A stretch of 20,000 nucleotides of DNA from an uncultured virus (IMG/VR IMGVR_UViG_3300029305_003094) (taxonomy: Duplodnaviria > Heunggongvirae > Uroviricota > Caudoviricetes): IMG/VR virus record IMGVR_UViG_3300029305_003094. One strand, 5' to 3'. Shown in pieces: positions 1-7,730 of the stretch (its first letter is position 1; each line of letters opens with the position of its first letter). The translations under genes and the position numbers were made by a program. The notes below the pieces were generated by a model. It was not told the origin of the DNA. It searched no databases and was given only the letters and a program-made list of their open reading frames with translations.

Positions 1-464
1 ATATCGGCATCCACCATCAAGGTGAAGTCCTTGTGGATGGCTTTCTCGTTCTTCTGCACCATCACCTTGTCGCATGGTACATAGTACAAAGCGGTGAATT
101 TGTTCCCCATCTTGCCGATGTAGGCATAACCGCCTTTACCAAGCAGATAGTCCTCACAGATTGCCTTCTTAAACTGGAATCCGTCAAGTGTGTCCCTTGT
201 GTCATCGTTAATGATGGTCACTCGTTCATCGGTGACTTCCTCGGTCACTCGCTTTCCGTCTTTCACAGTTTCCTTGTACAGTTTGAAGGGGATCTGTGCG
301 AAGGTATTGCAGATAAAGTCAACACAACTCGCCACCGAAGGAATGGACAAGGTGCTTTCTCTGCTCATTTCGTAGCCGTTCAGCACGGCTCTCAACAGAA
401 CATCATCAACCTTGCCTTCGTTCAGCACTTCCTCTCGCTGTGCTTTCTTCTTAAACAACCCCAT
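1..464 (-). CDS. Phage portal protein, HK97 family (N-terminal part, runs off the window)
   Basis: Translated by hand: MGLFKKKAQREEVLNEGKVDDVLLRAVLNG...LSIPSVASCVDFICNTFAQIPFKLYK...EDYLLGKGGYAYI; RBS GGAAGGGGGTG; directly downstream of terL. Confidence 0.9.
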   Translation of the reverse strand, partial: MGLFKKKAQREEVLNEGKVDDVLLRAVLNGYEMSRESTLSIPSVASCVDFICNTFAQIPFKLYKETVKDGKRVTEEVTDERVTIINDDTRDTLDGFQFKKAICEDYLLGKGGYAYIGKMGNKFTALYYVPCDKVMVQKNEKAIHKDFTLMVDAD

Positions 465-482
465 ATTTTCACCCCCTTCCTG

Positions 483-2171
483 TCAAAATGTTTGGACGAT
501 GAATCCGTCCTCGAAAATAGTGTCTTGCTGGAGCAGATATGTTGCATTCAGCATTGCCATGACCATATCCACCTTTCCCTTTGACCGCTTCTTGTGTATG
601 TAGCGGTTCATGTTCGTGTCGAATGTGCATCGTGCGTTTTCAAAGTTGATTTCCAGAAGGTTGTTCGGCTCATACTGGAATTCCTTGTTGACTATCTTTT
701 CATACAGAAGTTTGGTAGGGGAGTGAAGTGTGTCACTATGCTGGCGAATCTGTATGCAGTTGATGCTTGCGTACTTGCCACCATCACCGCTTTCCCATTT
801 TTGTGCCGATGACAGGGCATTGAAGCGGTCATATCCCAAAGCCTTGATATGCACACCATACTTCTCCTCAATGTGGAACACAAAGTCCTCTATGACTCCA
901 TAGTCAACGGTCTTGTTACCACAGGCAATGCACTTCATGGCTTCGATAAACTTTCTGTAATCCACTCGTTCAAACTGGCTCTTCTCTTCGATTCGTCCTT
1001 CAGGGATGAAAGCAATGGCATCTGCCAGGATGATGCCATCTTCCTCGGCAACCATGCCAACAGCACAGTTATCATTTGTCATTGCAAGGTCAACACCGAT
1101 GTATACATCTCGGTCTTTCCAATCAATGTGGCTGACTTTGCATTGCAGAACATCGTTGATGTCAACAAAGGATTCCGTGCCAGCACCTTGGTATATGATG
1201 TTTGCGTGTTTGGTGAGGAAGTTTTCTCTTGCACTCTCGATGGCAATGGCTCTCGCTCTTTTCTTCAGCAAGTCTTCCCATATTTCAGGGATCTCCAAAG
1301 CCACAGGATTGCTGTGCTTGAGTATCATGTCATCGGTTGTCCAGTTCTTGGGATTGTCAGGCTCATACAACAAAGCGAATACTGTTTCGTCATCCTCGAT
1401 GCCGTCCAAAACTCGCTTTGCATAGCTGACTTCATCCTCAAAGGGATTGTTTGCGGTGGGATATTTCGTGGAAATGATGCATCCCAGCTTGTTCAGGATG
1501 TTCAACTGTCCTGACCGCATGGCTTCAATCGCATAGGAATTCGGCAATGCACCGACCTCATCCGCAAGGAACACATTCGGCAACTTGCCGTCAAAGCGGT
1601 TTGCGGAATAGTTCAGCGGATAGTATCGGCTTTCGGTCAGGTTGAATTGAATGTAATCTCTCAACAGCCTGAACCTCGGCACTTCCTTGTACAGATAGAC
1701 AAGGGGAGATGACCGCAAGGTTTCCTCAATGGCTGTTTTCACCTCTCTGGACAGCGAACCATCAGGTGCAACCGAATAGAATTTTGAATATTTCGGCTCT
1801 AATAAAAAAAGCAGAATGAACATTGTCGCAACCGTGTAGGTTTTGAAGTTCTTTCTGCAAATTTCCAGTATGGCGGTTTCATATCTCCGCTTTTTGGGAT
1901 TGTCCCTGTGTACAATGGCAAGCACCGAAGTGTAGAACAGCCATTGATACTGCGTGGAGCATTCATACAAACTGCACCCAGCCTTCAAGCCTTTCGGCAT
2001 TACCAATAATTTCAGGACATTCTCAATCTGTGTGACCTTGGTGGTGTCTAGGAAATACTTTTGATCCTTCCCATCAGCAATCTTGATGAATACACGGCAT
2101 TGTTTCTTGACATATCGTGGGACTTCCTTTGACTTGACCGCCCACTTTGCGTATTCATAAGCCTTGTTCAT
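483..2171 (-). CDS. terL: Terminase large subunit
   Basis: Walker A variant ICRKNFKT, Walker B FLADEVG, nuclease motifs IGVDLA, YDRFNA, KGKVDMVMA. Confidence 0.95.
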   Translation of the reverse strand: MNKAYEYAKWAVKSKEVPRYVKKQCRVFIKIADGKDQKYFLDTTKVTQIENVLKLLVMPKGLKAGCSLYECSTQYQWLFYTSVLAIVHRDNPKKRRYETAILEICRKNFKTYTVATMFILLFLLEPKYSKFYSVAPDGSLSREVKTAIEETLRSSPLVYLYKEVPRFRLLRDYIQFNLTESRYYPLNYSANRFDGKLPNVFLADEVGALPNSYAIEAMRSGQLNILNKLGCIISTKYPTANNPFEDEVSYAKRVLDGIEDDETVFALLYEPDNPKNWTTDDMILKHSNPVALEIPEIWEDLLKKRARAIAIESARENFLTKHANIIYQGAGTESFVDINDVLQCKVSHIDWKDRDVYIGVDLAMTNDNCAVGMVAEEDGIILADAIAFIPEGRIEEKSQFERVDYRKFIEAMKCIACGNKTVDYGVIEDFVFHIEEKYGVHIKALGYDRFNALSSAQKWESGDGGKYASINCIQIRQHSDTLHSPTKLLYEKIVNKEFQYEPNNLLEINFENARCTFDTNMNRYIHKKRSKGKVDMVMAMLNATYLLQQDTIFEDGFIVQTF

Positions 2172-2527
2172 TACTTGATGCCCAAAGCCTTCAGCAATTC
2201 GTCCTCGCCTTCGTTCTCATCGTCACCATTACGCAAGGACTTGATAATTTTGATAAGGGTGGCAACTGTTTGGTTAGCTGCCGTACTGGTCTTGTTGTAT
2301 TCACCGATTGCTGGGTGGGTGTAAATGTTCTCTCTGCCTTTGACATATTCCTTGGTCACCAAGGCACCGTCCTCTTTGATTTTCTCTTCAAGGTCGGCAA
2401 GGATGTCCAACTGGACTCTGTATCTGTTGAATGTGGTTATGAAGAAGAAGTTCTGCTCTACACCATGCTCGGTTGCAATCCGCAACACTTCTTCTGCCTG
2501 TTGCTGAAGTGTAGGTCTTTCTTTCAT
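2171..2527 (-). CDS. terS: Terminase small subunit, P27 family
   Basis: DGALVTKEYVKGRENIYTHPAI motif; ATG at 2527 with RBS GAGAGGA; stop overlaps terL start. Confidence 0.85.
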   Translation of the reverse strand: MKERPTLQQQAEEVLRIATEHGVEQNFFFITTFNRYRVQLDILADLEEKIKEDGALVTKEYVKGRENIYTHPAIGEYNKTSTAANQTVATLIKIIKSLRNGDDENEGEDELLKALGIK

Positions 2528-2544
2528 TCCAAAAATCCTCTCTA

Positions 2545-2625
2545 AATTTTCTGTTGGTGTGTTCGCCTGGGCGATGTGAGGTCTTTTTCGACAAAATTTG
2601 TTTTTTATTTTTCCATGGGGGGGAT
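2545..2625. other. Candidate cos packaging site region
   Basis: Non-coding gap between HNH and terS with a G-run, an AT-rich tract and the GC-rich dyad TCGCC-TG-GGCGA (2563-2574); usual cos position in HNH-terS-terL phages. Confidence 0.45.
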
Positions 2626-2631
2626 TGTTTT

Positions 2632-3018
2632 TCATTCCTTGTGGACTTTGTTCACCAAGTCAATCAATACTTCCCTTGGGATTTCTCCCTTATCAGCCAT
2701 CTTGTGGTGGTAGCTGCATAGGCTTATTAAATTTTCATTGTCTAGCCTTCTGTTGTAGTCCTCTTGTAGCGGTGTTATGTGATGGACTTCAACTGTCTTG
2801 TAGTTCAACCATTCGATGGTGTTGTATAGGTTATTCAAACAGCATTGACAGAGGAATCTATCTCGCTGACGGATCTCCACACTTTTATCTGTCCATGCCT
2901 TTGTCTTCCTGAAGCGGTCACTCTGCCTGTCACCGCTCTTTTGTCGGCTCTTTTTGTGTGGGCATTGGTGTCCCCTTGGGACGATTCCGCAGTATCTGCA
3001 AGTCACCAGGTCTTTCAC
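2632..3018 (-). CDS. Packaging-associated HNH endonuclease (HK97 gp74-like)
   Basis: RDRFLCQCC, VEVHHITPL, NLISLCSYHHKMAD; adjacent to terS; start GTG 3018 or 3027. Confidence 0.9.
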   Translation of the reverse strand: MKDLVTCRYCGIVPRGHQCPHKKSRQKSGDRQSDRFRKTKAWTDKSVEIRQRDRFLCQCCLNNLYNTIEWLNYKTVEVHHITPLQEDYNRRLDNENLISLCSYHHKMADKGEIPREVLIDLVNKVHKE

Positions 3019-3133
3019 CGCTCTCACCGCTTTTCTGTTCCATCTCTCGTTGGTATTCGCCTTCGCATATTCTGTTCAGCGGACACCGCTTGCAAGTGTT
3101 CGCATATCTCATGCATAGTTCAATTTCACGCAT
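2930..3133 (-). CDS. Small Cys-rich hypothetical protein (67 aa), overlaps the HNH 5' end
   Basis: ATG 3133 with RBS GGTGGTGGA just after the upstream stop; CMRYANTCKRCPLNRIC. Confidence 0.5.
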   Translation of the reverse strand: MREIELCMRYANTCKRCPLNRICEGEYQREMEQKSGESGERPGDLQILRNRPKGTPMPTQKEPTKER

Positions 3134-3143
3134 ATCCACCACC

Positions 3144-4217
3144 CTAAACATAATGTATTGAGGTGAGTCTATCGTGCGAATACTCAAACAGCTGGAATCT
3201 CTTGTGGTTGCCAACATAGCCGTTTTTGCTATGCCAAGCATCTGTTTTGTTCCCTGTTGACAATCTCCGCACAACCACACCACTCTCATCACCATCTTTA
3301 ATTTCGGTGTGCAAATGCCCCAGATGGATTTCCCTTGTTTTTGAATGTGCAAACTCAAGAGGAAACTCTATCGTAAACTGGCACCGTATATCCTTTGGCG
3401 AGGTTCTCCCATCATCGCAATGTCCATATCCAATGAAAATGTCATGCCAATGGATGCACTTTCTCGGCTCTCTAGAATCATCAAAGGTGATTTGCTCACC
3501 AAACACCTCTTTCAACACTTCAAAGAAGAACCAGCCAGTTGTTTCATCGTGGTTGCCTTCGCTATAATGCACTCGAACATCATCGCAACATTGCTTTGCT
3601 TTTCTTAATATGCTGAAATACATCTGTCTTGCATCAGCATATGCCTTTTCCATGTCCACTTGTTGTATTGGTGTACCCTTTGCGGTTTTACCCCTAAAAT
3701 CGTTATTATGGAACAAGTCCTGACCGATAATAACTTGAATGCACTCCCATTTTTTGCTTTCGATAATCACCAAGATGCGGTTTAAGGTTTCCTTGTAGTA
3801 TTCAATGTCATTTATACCGAAATGCACATCGAATAAGGGAATTTCAAGCATCCCTTCAGGAGCATCCGTTTTGATAGGCTCTATATATTCAACCTTGGGA
3901 AGTTGTTTTGCGATTTCGATGAGTCTTTCAAGGTTTTCTCGTTCTGCTGTTTGCTTAATCCAACATTGAATAACATTTCCCTTGCCGTCAACCTGAACCG
4001 TTGCACCATGAGGAGTAAACCCTTTATAAGTGCCAGAATTCAAGGTGAGTTCATCCGCATAGGTTTTTTTCTCCCACTTGTTCAATGACCTTCTAAAAGA
4101 TGCAAAAGATTGACCACTATGCTGTTTTTTGAAAAAGTCATTGTATATTTCCCTAGAGGATAAACCTTGCTTTGCAAGTTCAACGCATTTCCGCTTTGTT
4201 TCCAGGTCAATCTTCAC
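3144..4217 (-). CDS. Calcineurin-like metallophosphoesterase with N-terminal HTH-like region
   Basis: Motifs DVHFG, GQDLFH, GNHD, GHC, HLGHLH. Confidence 0.85.
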   Translation of the reverse strand: MKIDLETKRKCVELAKQGLSSREIYNDFFKKQHSGQSFASFRRSLNKWEKKTYADELTLNSGTYKGFTPHGATVQVDGKGNVIQCWIKQTAERENLERLIEIAKQLPKVEYIEPIKTDAPEGMLEIPLFDVHFGINDIEYYKETLNRILVIIESKKWECIQVIIGQDLFHNNDFRGKTAKGTPIQQVDMEKAYADARQMYFSILRKAKQCCDDVRVHYSEGNHDETTGWFFFEVLKEVFGEQITFDDSREPRKCIHWHDIFIGYGHCDDGRTSPKDIRCQFTIEFPLEFAHSKTREIHLGHLHTEIKDGDESGVVVRRLSTGNKTDAWHSKNGYVGNHKRFQLFEYSHDRLTSIHYV

Positions 4218-4237
4218 ATCTTCACCTCGCCATATAG

Positions 4238-4270
4238 CAAAAGAGCAACCGCCTGAACGGTTGCCCTTTG
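4238..4270 (-). terminator. Intrinsic terminator-like hairpin in the late leader
   Basis: Minus strand: AAAGGGCAACCG-TTCAGG-CGGTTGCTCTTTTG. Confidence 0.7.
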
Positions 4271-4290
4271 TGCTGTTTTCCTATGGTAGC

Positions 4291-4324
4291 ATTATATCAC
4301 ATAACTTATGGGCATTGTGGGCAT
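4291..4324 (-). promoter_or_regulatory. Putative activator-dependent late promoter
   Basis: Extended -10 TGaTATAAT (4299-4291); ATGCCCA direct repeat x2 in place of a -35. Confidence 0.65.
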
Positions 4325-4361
4325 CTTTTTTGAAATTGTTTGAAAATTCCTAAAATAATGC

Positions 4362-4390
4362 TTGACATACTGCTAGCAGTATGCTATAAT
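4362..4390 (+). promoter_or_regulatory. Consensus sigma-A promoter of the moron with palindromic operator
   Basis: TTGACA(4362)-17 bp-TATAAT(4385); perfect 18-bp palindrome CATACTGCTAGCAGTATG at 4366-4383. Confidence 0.9.
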
Positions 4391-4413
4391 ACAGACAGAA
4401 AGGGGGTGATGAT

Positions 4414-4521
4414 ATGAAAGTTAGGGTAAAGCGAAAGCCTACCGCCTTCGTGGTAGCTAAGTTGATTATCGAAGCAATCCTTGCACTGGCAGCTTTGATA
4501 ACAGCTATCCGTTGGTGGTAG
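4414..4521 (+). CDS. 35-aa single-TM peptide, type I toxin-like
   Basis: MKVRVKRKPTAFVVAKLIIEAILALAALITAIRWW; RBS AAGGGGGTGA; below the ORF track cutoff. Confidence 0.75.
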   Translation: MKVRVKRKPTAFVVAKLIIEAILALAALITAIRWW

Positions 4522-4574
4522 GCTAGCCTAGGGTGGGTCGCATGACCCACCCCCCTTGTGGGGATGGCATTGGT

Positions 4575-4603
4575 ATTATAACTTATTGAAAGGAGTTTTT
4601 CAA
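4575..4603 (-). promoter_or_regulatory. Antisense promoter convergent on the peptide gene (putative antitoxin sRNA)
   Basis: Minus strand TTGAAA(4603-4598)-17 bp-TATAAT(4580-4575). Confidence 0.65.
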
Positions 4604-4780
4604 GTGCTTTTAGATAAATTCTGGTTTATTACTTTATGTGTGCTTATGATTATATCCGTAAATATCGGCTTGAGCATTCCGTTGCGGATCGCACTCGCCA
4701 TCAATGCTGTTGTTATCCTGTGTGATGTGATTAAGGGAGTTAGGAGATTGTACAATGAATGTTGCGAAGCGGAAAACTAA
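4604..4780 (+). CDS. 58-aa two-TM membrane protein
   Basis: GTG start with RBS GAAAGGAG; hydrophobic segments FWFITLCVLMIISVNIGL and LRIALAINAVVILCDVI. Confidence 0.7.
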   Translation: MLLDKFWFITLCVLMIISVNIGLSIPLRIALAINAVVILCDVIKGVRRLYNECCEAEN

Positions 4781-4946
4781 AACTTCCACAGAGGTGAAGG
4801 CACGATACAATCAAAAGACTTATGATATTGTATCGGTTAGAGTACCCAAGGAAATGGCTGAAGCATTCAAGGCGAAGTGTGTTGCAGATGGTGTACCACA
4901 AGCACAGATTATCAAACAGGCTATTGAAGAATTTTTGCAGAAGTGA
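4755..4946 (+). CDS. Ribbon-helix-helix DNA-binding protein
   Basis: YDIVSVRVPKEMAEAFKAKCVADGVPQAQIIKQAIEEFL gives the beta-alpha-alpha pattern; RBS AGGAG. Confidence 0.85.
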   Translation: MNVAKRKTKTSTEVKARYNQKTYDIVSVRVPKEMAEAFKAKCVADGVPQAQIIKQAIEEFLQK

Positions 4947-4974
4947 GGGAGCATTTTCGCTCCCTCTCTTTTTT
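4945..4974 (+). terminator. Intrinsic terminator closing the moron (possibly bidirectional)
   Basis: GAGGGAGC-ATTTTC-GCTCCCTC followed by TCTTTTTT. Confidence 0.8.
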
Positions 4975-4989
4975 AGCCTTGCATCGACC

Positions 4990-5367
4990 TTATTTCTCCG
5001 CATCCATCTTTGCTTCACACATAGGACAGCACTTCCAAAAGGGAGAGCCAACGGTGTTACACCTAGAACACTCCACCCAATTGTTTTGCCCCTTGTTGTG
5101 GGAAATCCACCGCCCATGCACCACTTCCACGGCATCCACGATTTCCAAAGGTTGAACCATAAGCACATTCTGTTCTTTTGCAGTTTTTGCACCGCCCCAA
5201 AACTGCTCACCGCTGTCAACGATGAATGCCTCGATTAAGCCGTTGTTACATCTGTATTCGCTCTTTACGGCAATGCAATCATCACCGAAAGCAAATAGTG
5301 TTCCGCAAGGCAATTCATCAAGTGTGCATTTCTCGCCACACGGAATCAACCGCTTTTCATTTGCCAT
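4990..5367 (-). CDS. Hypothetical phage protein with C-terminal zinc ribbon
   Basis: VVHGRW...CSRC...CPMCEAKMD. Confidence 0.75.
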   Translation of the reverse strand: MANEKRLIPCGEKCTLDELPCGTLFAFGDDCIAVKSEYRCNNGLIEAFIVDSGEQFWGGAKTAKEQNVLMVQPLEIVDAVEVVHGRWISHNKGQNNWVECSRCNTVGSPFWKCCPMCEAKMDAEK

Positions 5368-5509
5368 CTTCCGTCCTCAACTTTCTGCCACAGTTAGGGC
5401 AATATTCAAAGACCATCTGGAATCGCTTGCCATATGCGGTAATGATGGTCACAGGCTTTTTGGTGTAGGCTCTGCCTTTGCAGAAATCACAAGGCTTTTT
5501 ATTTTCCAT
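5357..5509 (-). CDS. 50-aa zinc-ribbon protein
   Basis: MENKKPCDFC...YCPNCGRKL, translated by hand; overlaps both neighbours. Confidence 0.7.
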   Translation of the reverse strand: MENKKPCDFCKGRAYTKKPVTIITAYGKRFQMVFEYCPNCGRKLRTEDGK

Positions 5510-5729
5510 CTTTCTTCCGCCCTTTCTGCACAATGATGACAGGACCGTTCAAATCATTTGGATTGATGCCGTCCGTGGCGAATCGAACCAAAGGTCTTCT
5601 TCCTTCATAGTTCCTGTTGCCACTCGTTTCGCTGTAATCATCTTCAACACATCCGTGTCCAGCAACATGGCGGTGTCTAAATTGCGACATGATGAACGGA
5701 TGATTCTAGCCTCGCTTATCACTAGACAT
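5499..5729 (-). pseudogene. Hypothetical gene with in-frame TAG at codon 8
   Basis: ATG 5729 overlaps the upstream stop; MSSDKRG*NHPFIMSQF... continues in frame to a stop overlapping the next start. Confidence 0.4.
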
Positions 5730-5937
5730 ACTCTTTCCACTCCCTATATCCTTCAAGAATCATGTTCTTGTAATACTTCCGTGCAACCTCGCTTCTGGAT
5801 CTGGTCGCAATATCAACCCATGCTGGGTGATGTCGGTTCGCCCATGCCTTTGCATCGTGCCATTCAATCCACGCACCAACCGAATGCTTGATGGTGTACC
5901 AAATCTGTTCCAAGCTGCCAACCTTACGATATGCCAT
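5722..5937 (-). CDS. Hypothetical phage protein
   Basis: ORF in the operon, start overlaps the upstream stop. Confidence 0.65.
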   Translation of the reverse strand: MAYRKVGSLEQIWYTIKHSVGAWIEWHDAKAWANRHHPAWVDIATRSRSEVARKYYKNMILEGYREWKEYV

Positions 5938-6290
5938 TACTTCCACTTTCCTTTCATGTAGTCAAATTCAGGTGCAAACTCATATCTCTTGTGAAAACTG
6001 TCATGGAGTCCTTCTCCGTAGGCTTCTGCCAAGGCACCGTCAAGTTTATCTCTGTAATAATCGGTTTCGTCATCCTTCTCCCATGCTTTTTGATAGGTGT
6101 CGATGTATTCACCGATCCCCTTGACTACCTTGCAAAGTCTGTCCTTGCCGAAGGTGTCCTTGCCCATGATGTCAGCATCTCGCAGAACCAAGGACATCAT
6201 GTCAAGGATTTGCTGTCTGCCACACCGCAAGCCAGCTTCAAAGAATCCCCTTTGAATTGCCCTTTGTTTGTCTAAATAAGCATTACCCAT
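5937..6290 (-). CDS. Hypothetical phage protein
   Basis: 117-aa ORF overlapping its neighbours. Confidence 0.75.
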   Translation of the reverse strand: MGNAYLDKQRAIQRGFFEAGLRCGRQQILDMMSLVLRDADIMGKDTFGKDRLCKVVKGIGEYIDTYQKAWEKDDETDYYRDKLDGALAEAYGEGLHDSFHKRYEFAPEFDYMKGKWK

Positions 6291-6780
6291 TAGATTTCAG
6301 CAACTCCCTTCTTCTGTAGTACGAAGCCACAGAACCGCAGTTTTTACAACAGAACATTTGATTGCTCTTGGATGCCTCAAAGGACTTCCCACACCACTCA
6401 CACTTCTTTATCAACGGCACATAGACCAAATTCCGTTTGTAGTATAGCTTTTTGCAATCCTCATCGCAGAACACTTTCTCCCTACCCTTGCGTTTATATA
6501 TGAATTCCTTACCGCAATTCTTGCATACTTGCCTTGTGCCAGTTGGCTGTGGCTTTGAAGTGACAACAGGCTCTTGCACGGCTTTCCTGTGGTTTCTGCG
6601 ATATTCGTGCCACTCTTTTCTTGTGCAAGTCCTTTGCCGAATCTTCTGCTCCAGAACCTTTCCGCGTTGCATCTTTTCCCATTGCAATCCCTTCCATTTG
6701 CCGTATGACATACCAGCTGCGATTGCCATGCTTGATTCAATTGCGAGTCTGTCAGGCTCTCTTGTTTTCTTTCTTGCCAT
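6283..6780 (-). CDS. Basic protein with two treble-clef-like zinc fingers
   Basis: CKNCGKEF...FCDEDC and CEWCGKSF...FCCKNC; start MARKK at 6780. Confidence 0.7.
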   Translation of the reverse strand: MARKKTREPDRLAIESSMAIAAGMSYGKWKGLQWEKMQRGKVLEQKIRQRTCTRKEWHEYRRNHRKAVQEPVVTSKPQPTGTRQVCKNCGKEFIYKRKGREKVFCDEDCKKLYYKRNLVYVPLIKKCEWCGKSFEASKSNQMFCCKNCGSVASYYRRRELLKSNG

Positions 6781-6784
6781 ACTA

Positions 6785-7195
6785 TCACCGCCCTGTGCTA
6801 CCGAAGCCGTTGTTTCCTCGCTCGGTTTCGTCCAGTTCATCAACCAGTTCAAGGTCAGGTGTCAAAATGGGAAGGATGACCAACTGGCTGATTTTGTCAC
6901 CCTTGTTCACCTGATACCCTTTATCACCGTGGTTGTACAACTTCACCCTGATGCTCCCTGTGTACCCCACATCGATGACACCTTCGCTCTGGATGCCGTG
7001 CTTGACATTCAAGCCACTTCTGCTCTTGACCATGCCCACCGTGTTCTTGGGGAGTTCGATGTGAACCCCTGTGTCGATGGTCATTGCGGATCTCCTTGGA
7101 ACGATGACAGTTTCAGGGGAATACAAGTCAAGTCCAGCATCCGCGTCATGTCCCCTTGTGGGCATATATGCACCCTTGTCCAGTTTGATTCTCAT
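6785..7195 (-). CDS. dut: Trimeric dUTPase
   Basis: AGLDL, SRSG, GVIDVGYTG, ISQLV, RGNNGFGSTG motifs. Confidence 0.95.
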   Translation of the reverse strand: MRIKLDKGAYMPTRGHDADAGLDLYSPETVIVPRRSAMTIDTGVHIELPKNTVGMVKSRSGLNVKHGIQSEGVIDVGYTGSIRVKLYNHGDKGYQVNKGDKISQLVILPILTPDLELVDELDETERGNNGFGSTGR

Positions 7196-7350
7196 TTTTC
7201 CACCCCCACAAAGATGACATTGCTCAAATGCGTTTCATACTTCACACCGCTTGTGTCAACGATGATGGTATAACCGCTGGAATCAACAGACCGCCACTTG
7301 ACCTCGACCTCTGCAAAGTTGCCTGTGCAACCCTTGATGAATGCTTTCAT
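7192..7350 (-). CDS. Small hypothetical protein (52 aa)
   Basis: ATG overlaps the upstream stop; stop overlaps the dut start. Confidence 0.6.
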   Translation of the reverse strand: MKAFIKGCTGNFAEVEVKWRSVDSSGYTIIVDTSGVKYETHLSNVIFVGVEK

Positions 7351-7730
7351 TAGTTTTCGTCCTTTCCAAAGTAGTTCTCCAGTTTTCTGCTTACTGTCCT
7401 TCTGTCCATGTGGCATTCCTCGCCAATGTCCTCATACTTCATGCACTCAAGGTATCGTTTCCTTGCCAGTACACGAATCTCGGCATCCTCAACCGCTTCT
7501 ATGTAGGTTTCAAGCCGTTCCATCTCCTTGGCAACCTTCTCCTTGGCTTTTCCCAACTTGGTGCGAAGTTTATCCAGGCGGTTGTAGAATTGCTCAACAG
7601 GGGATGACACCGAATGTCCTGACGGCATACCGCTCATTTCAAAGGCACTCAAGATGGTCAACTCTTTGATTTGATTCTCAATCTGTATGACCTCTTGCTT
7701 CAGCCAGTACAGTTTGTTCAGGTTCTTCAA
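7350..7730 (-). CDS. ArpU/RinA-like late transcriptional activator (sigma region 4-like HTH)
   Basis: Coiled coil then RKRYLECMKYEDIGEECHMDRRTVSRKL. Confidence 0.75.
   Translation of the reverse strand: MKNLNKLYWLKQEVIQIENQIKELTILSAFEMSGMPSGHSVSSPVEQFYNRLDKLRTKLGKAKEKVAKEMERLETYIEAVEDAEIRVLARKRYLECMKYEDIGEECHMDRRTVSRKLENYFGKDEN

Noticed and set aside
33..1514. Long plus-strand ORFs (33-584, 849-1514; likewise 6452-7273, 12757-13476, 14606-15076)
   Set aside because: Antisense shadows of well-supported minus-strand phage genes; no recognisable motifs
2528..2635. N-terminal extension of terS in the ORF track
   Set aside because: A good RBS precedes ATG 2527 and the extension covers the likely cos region
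5706..5708. Stop-codon reassignment (TAG recoding)
   Set aside because: All long genes are intact in code 11 and several end properly at TAG (e.g. 3144, 5722, 11855)
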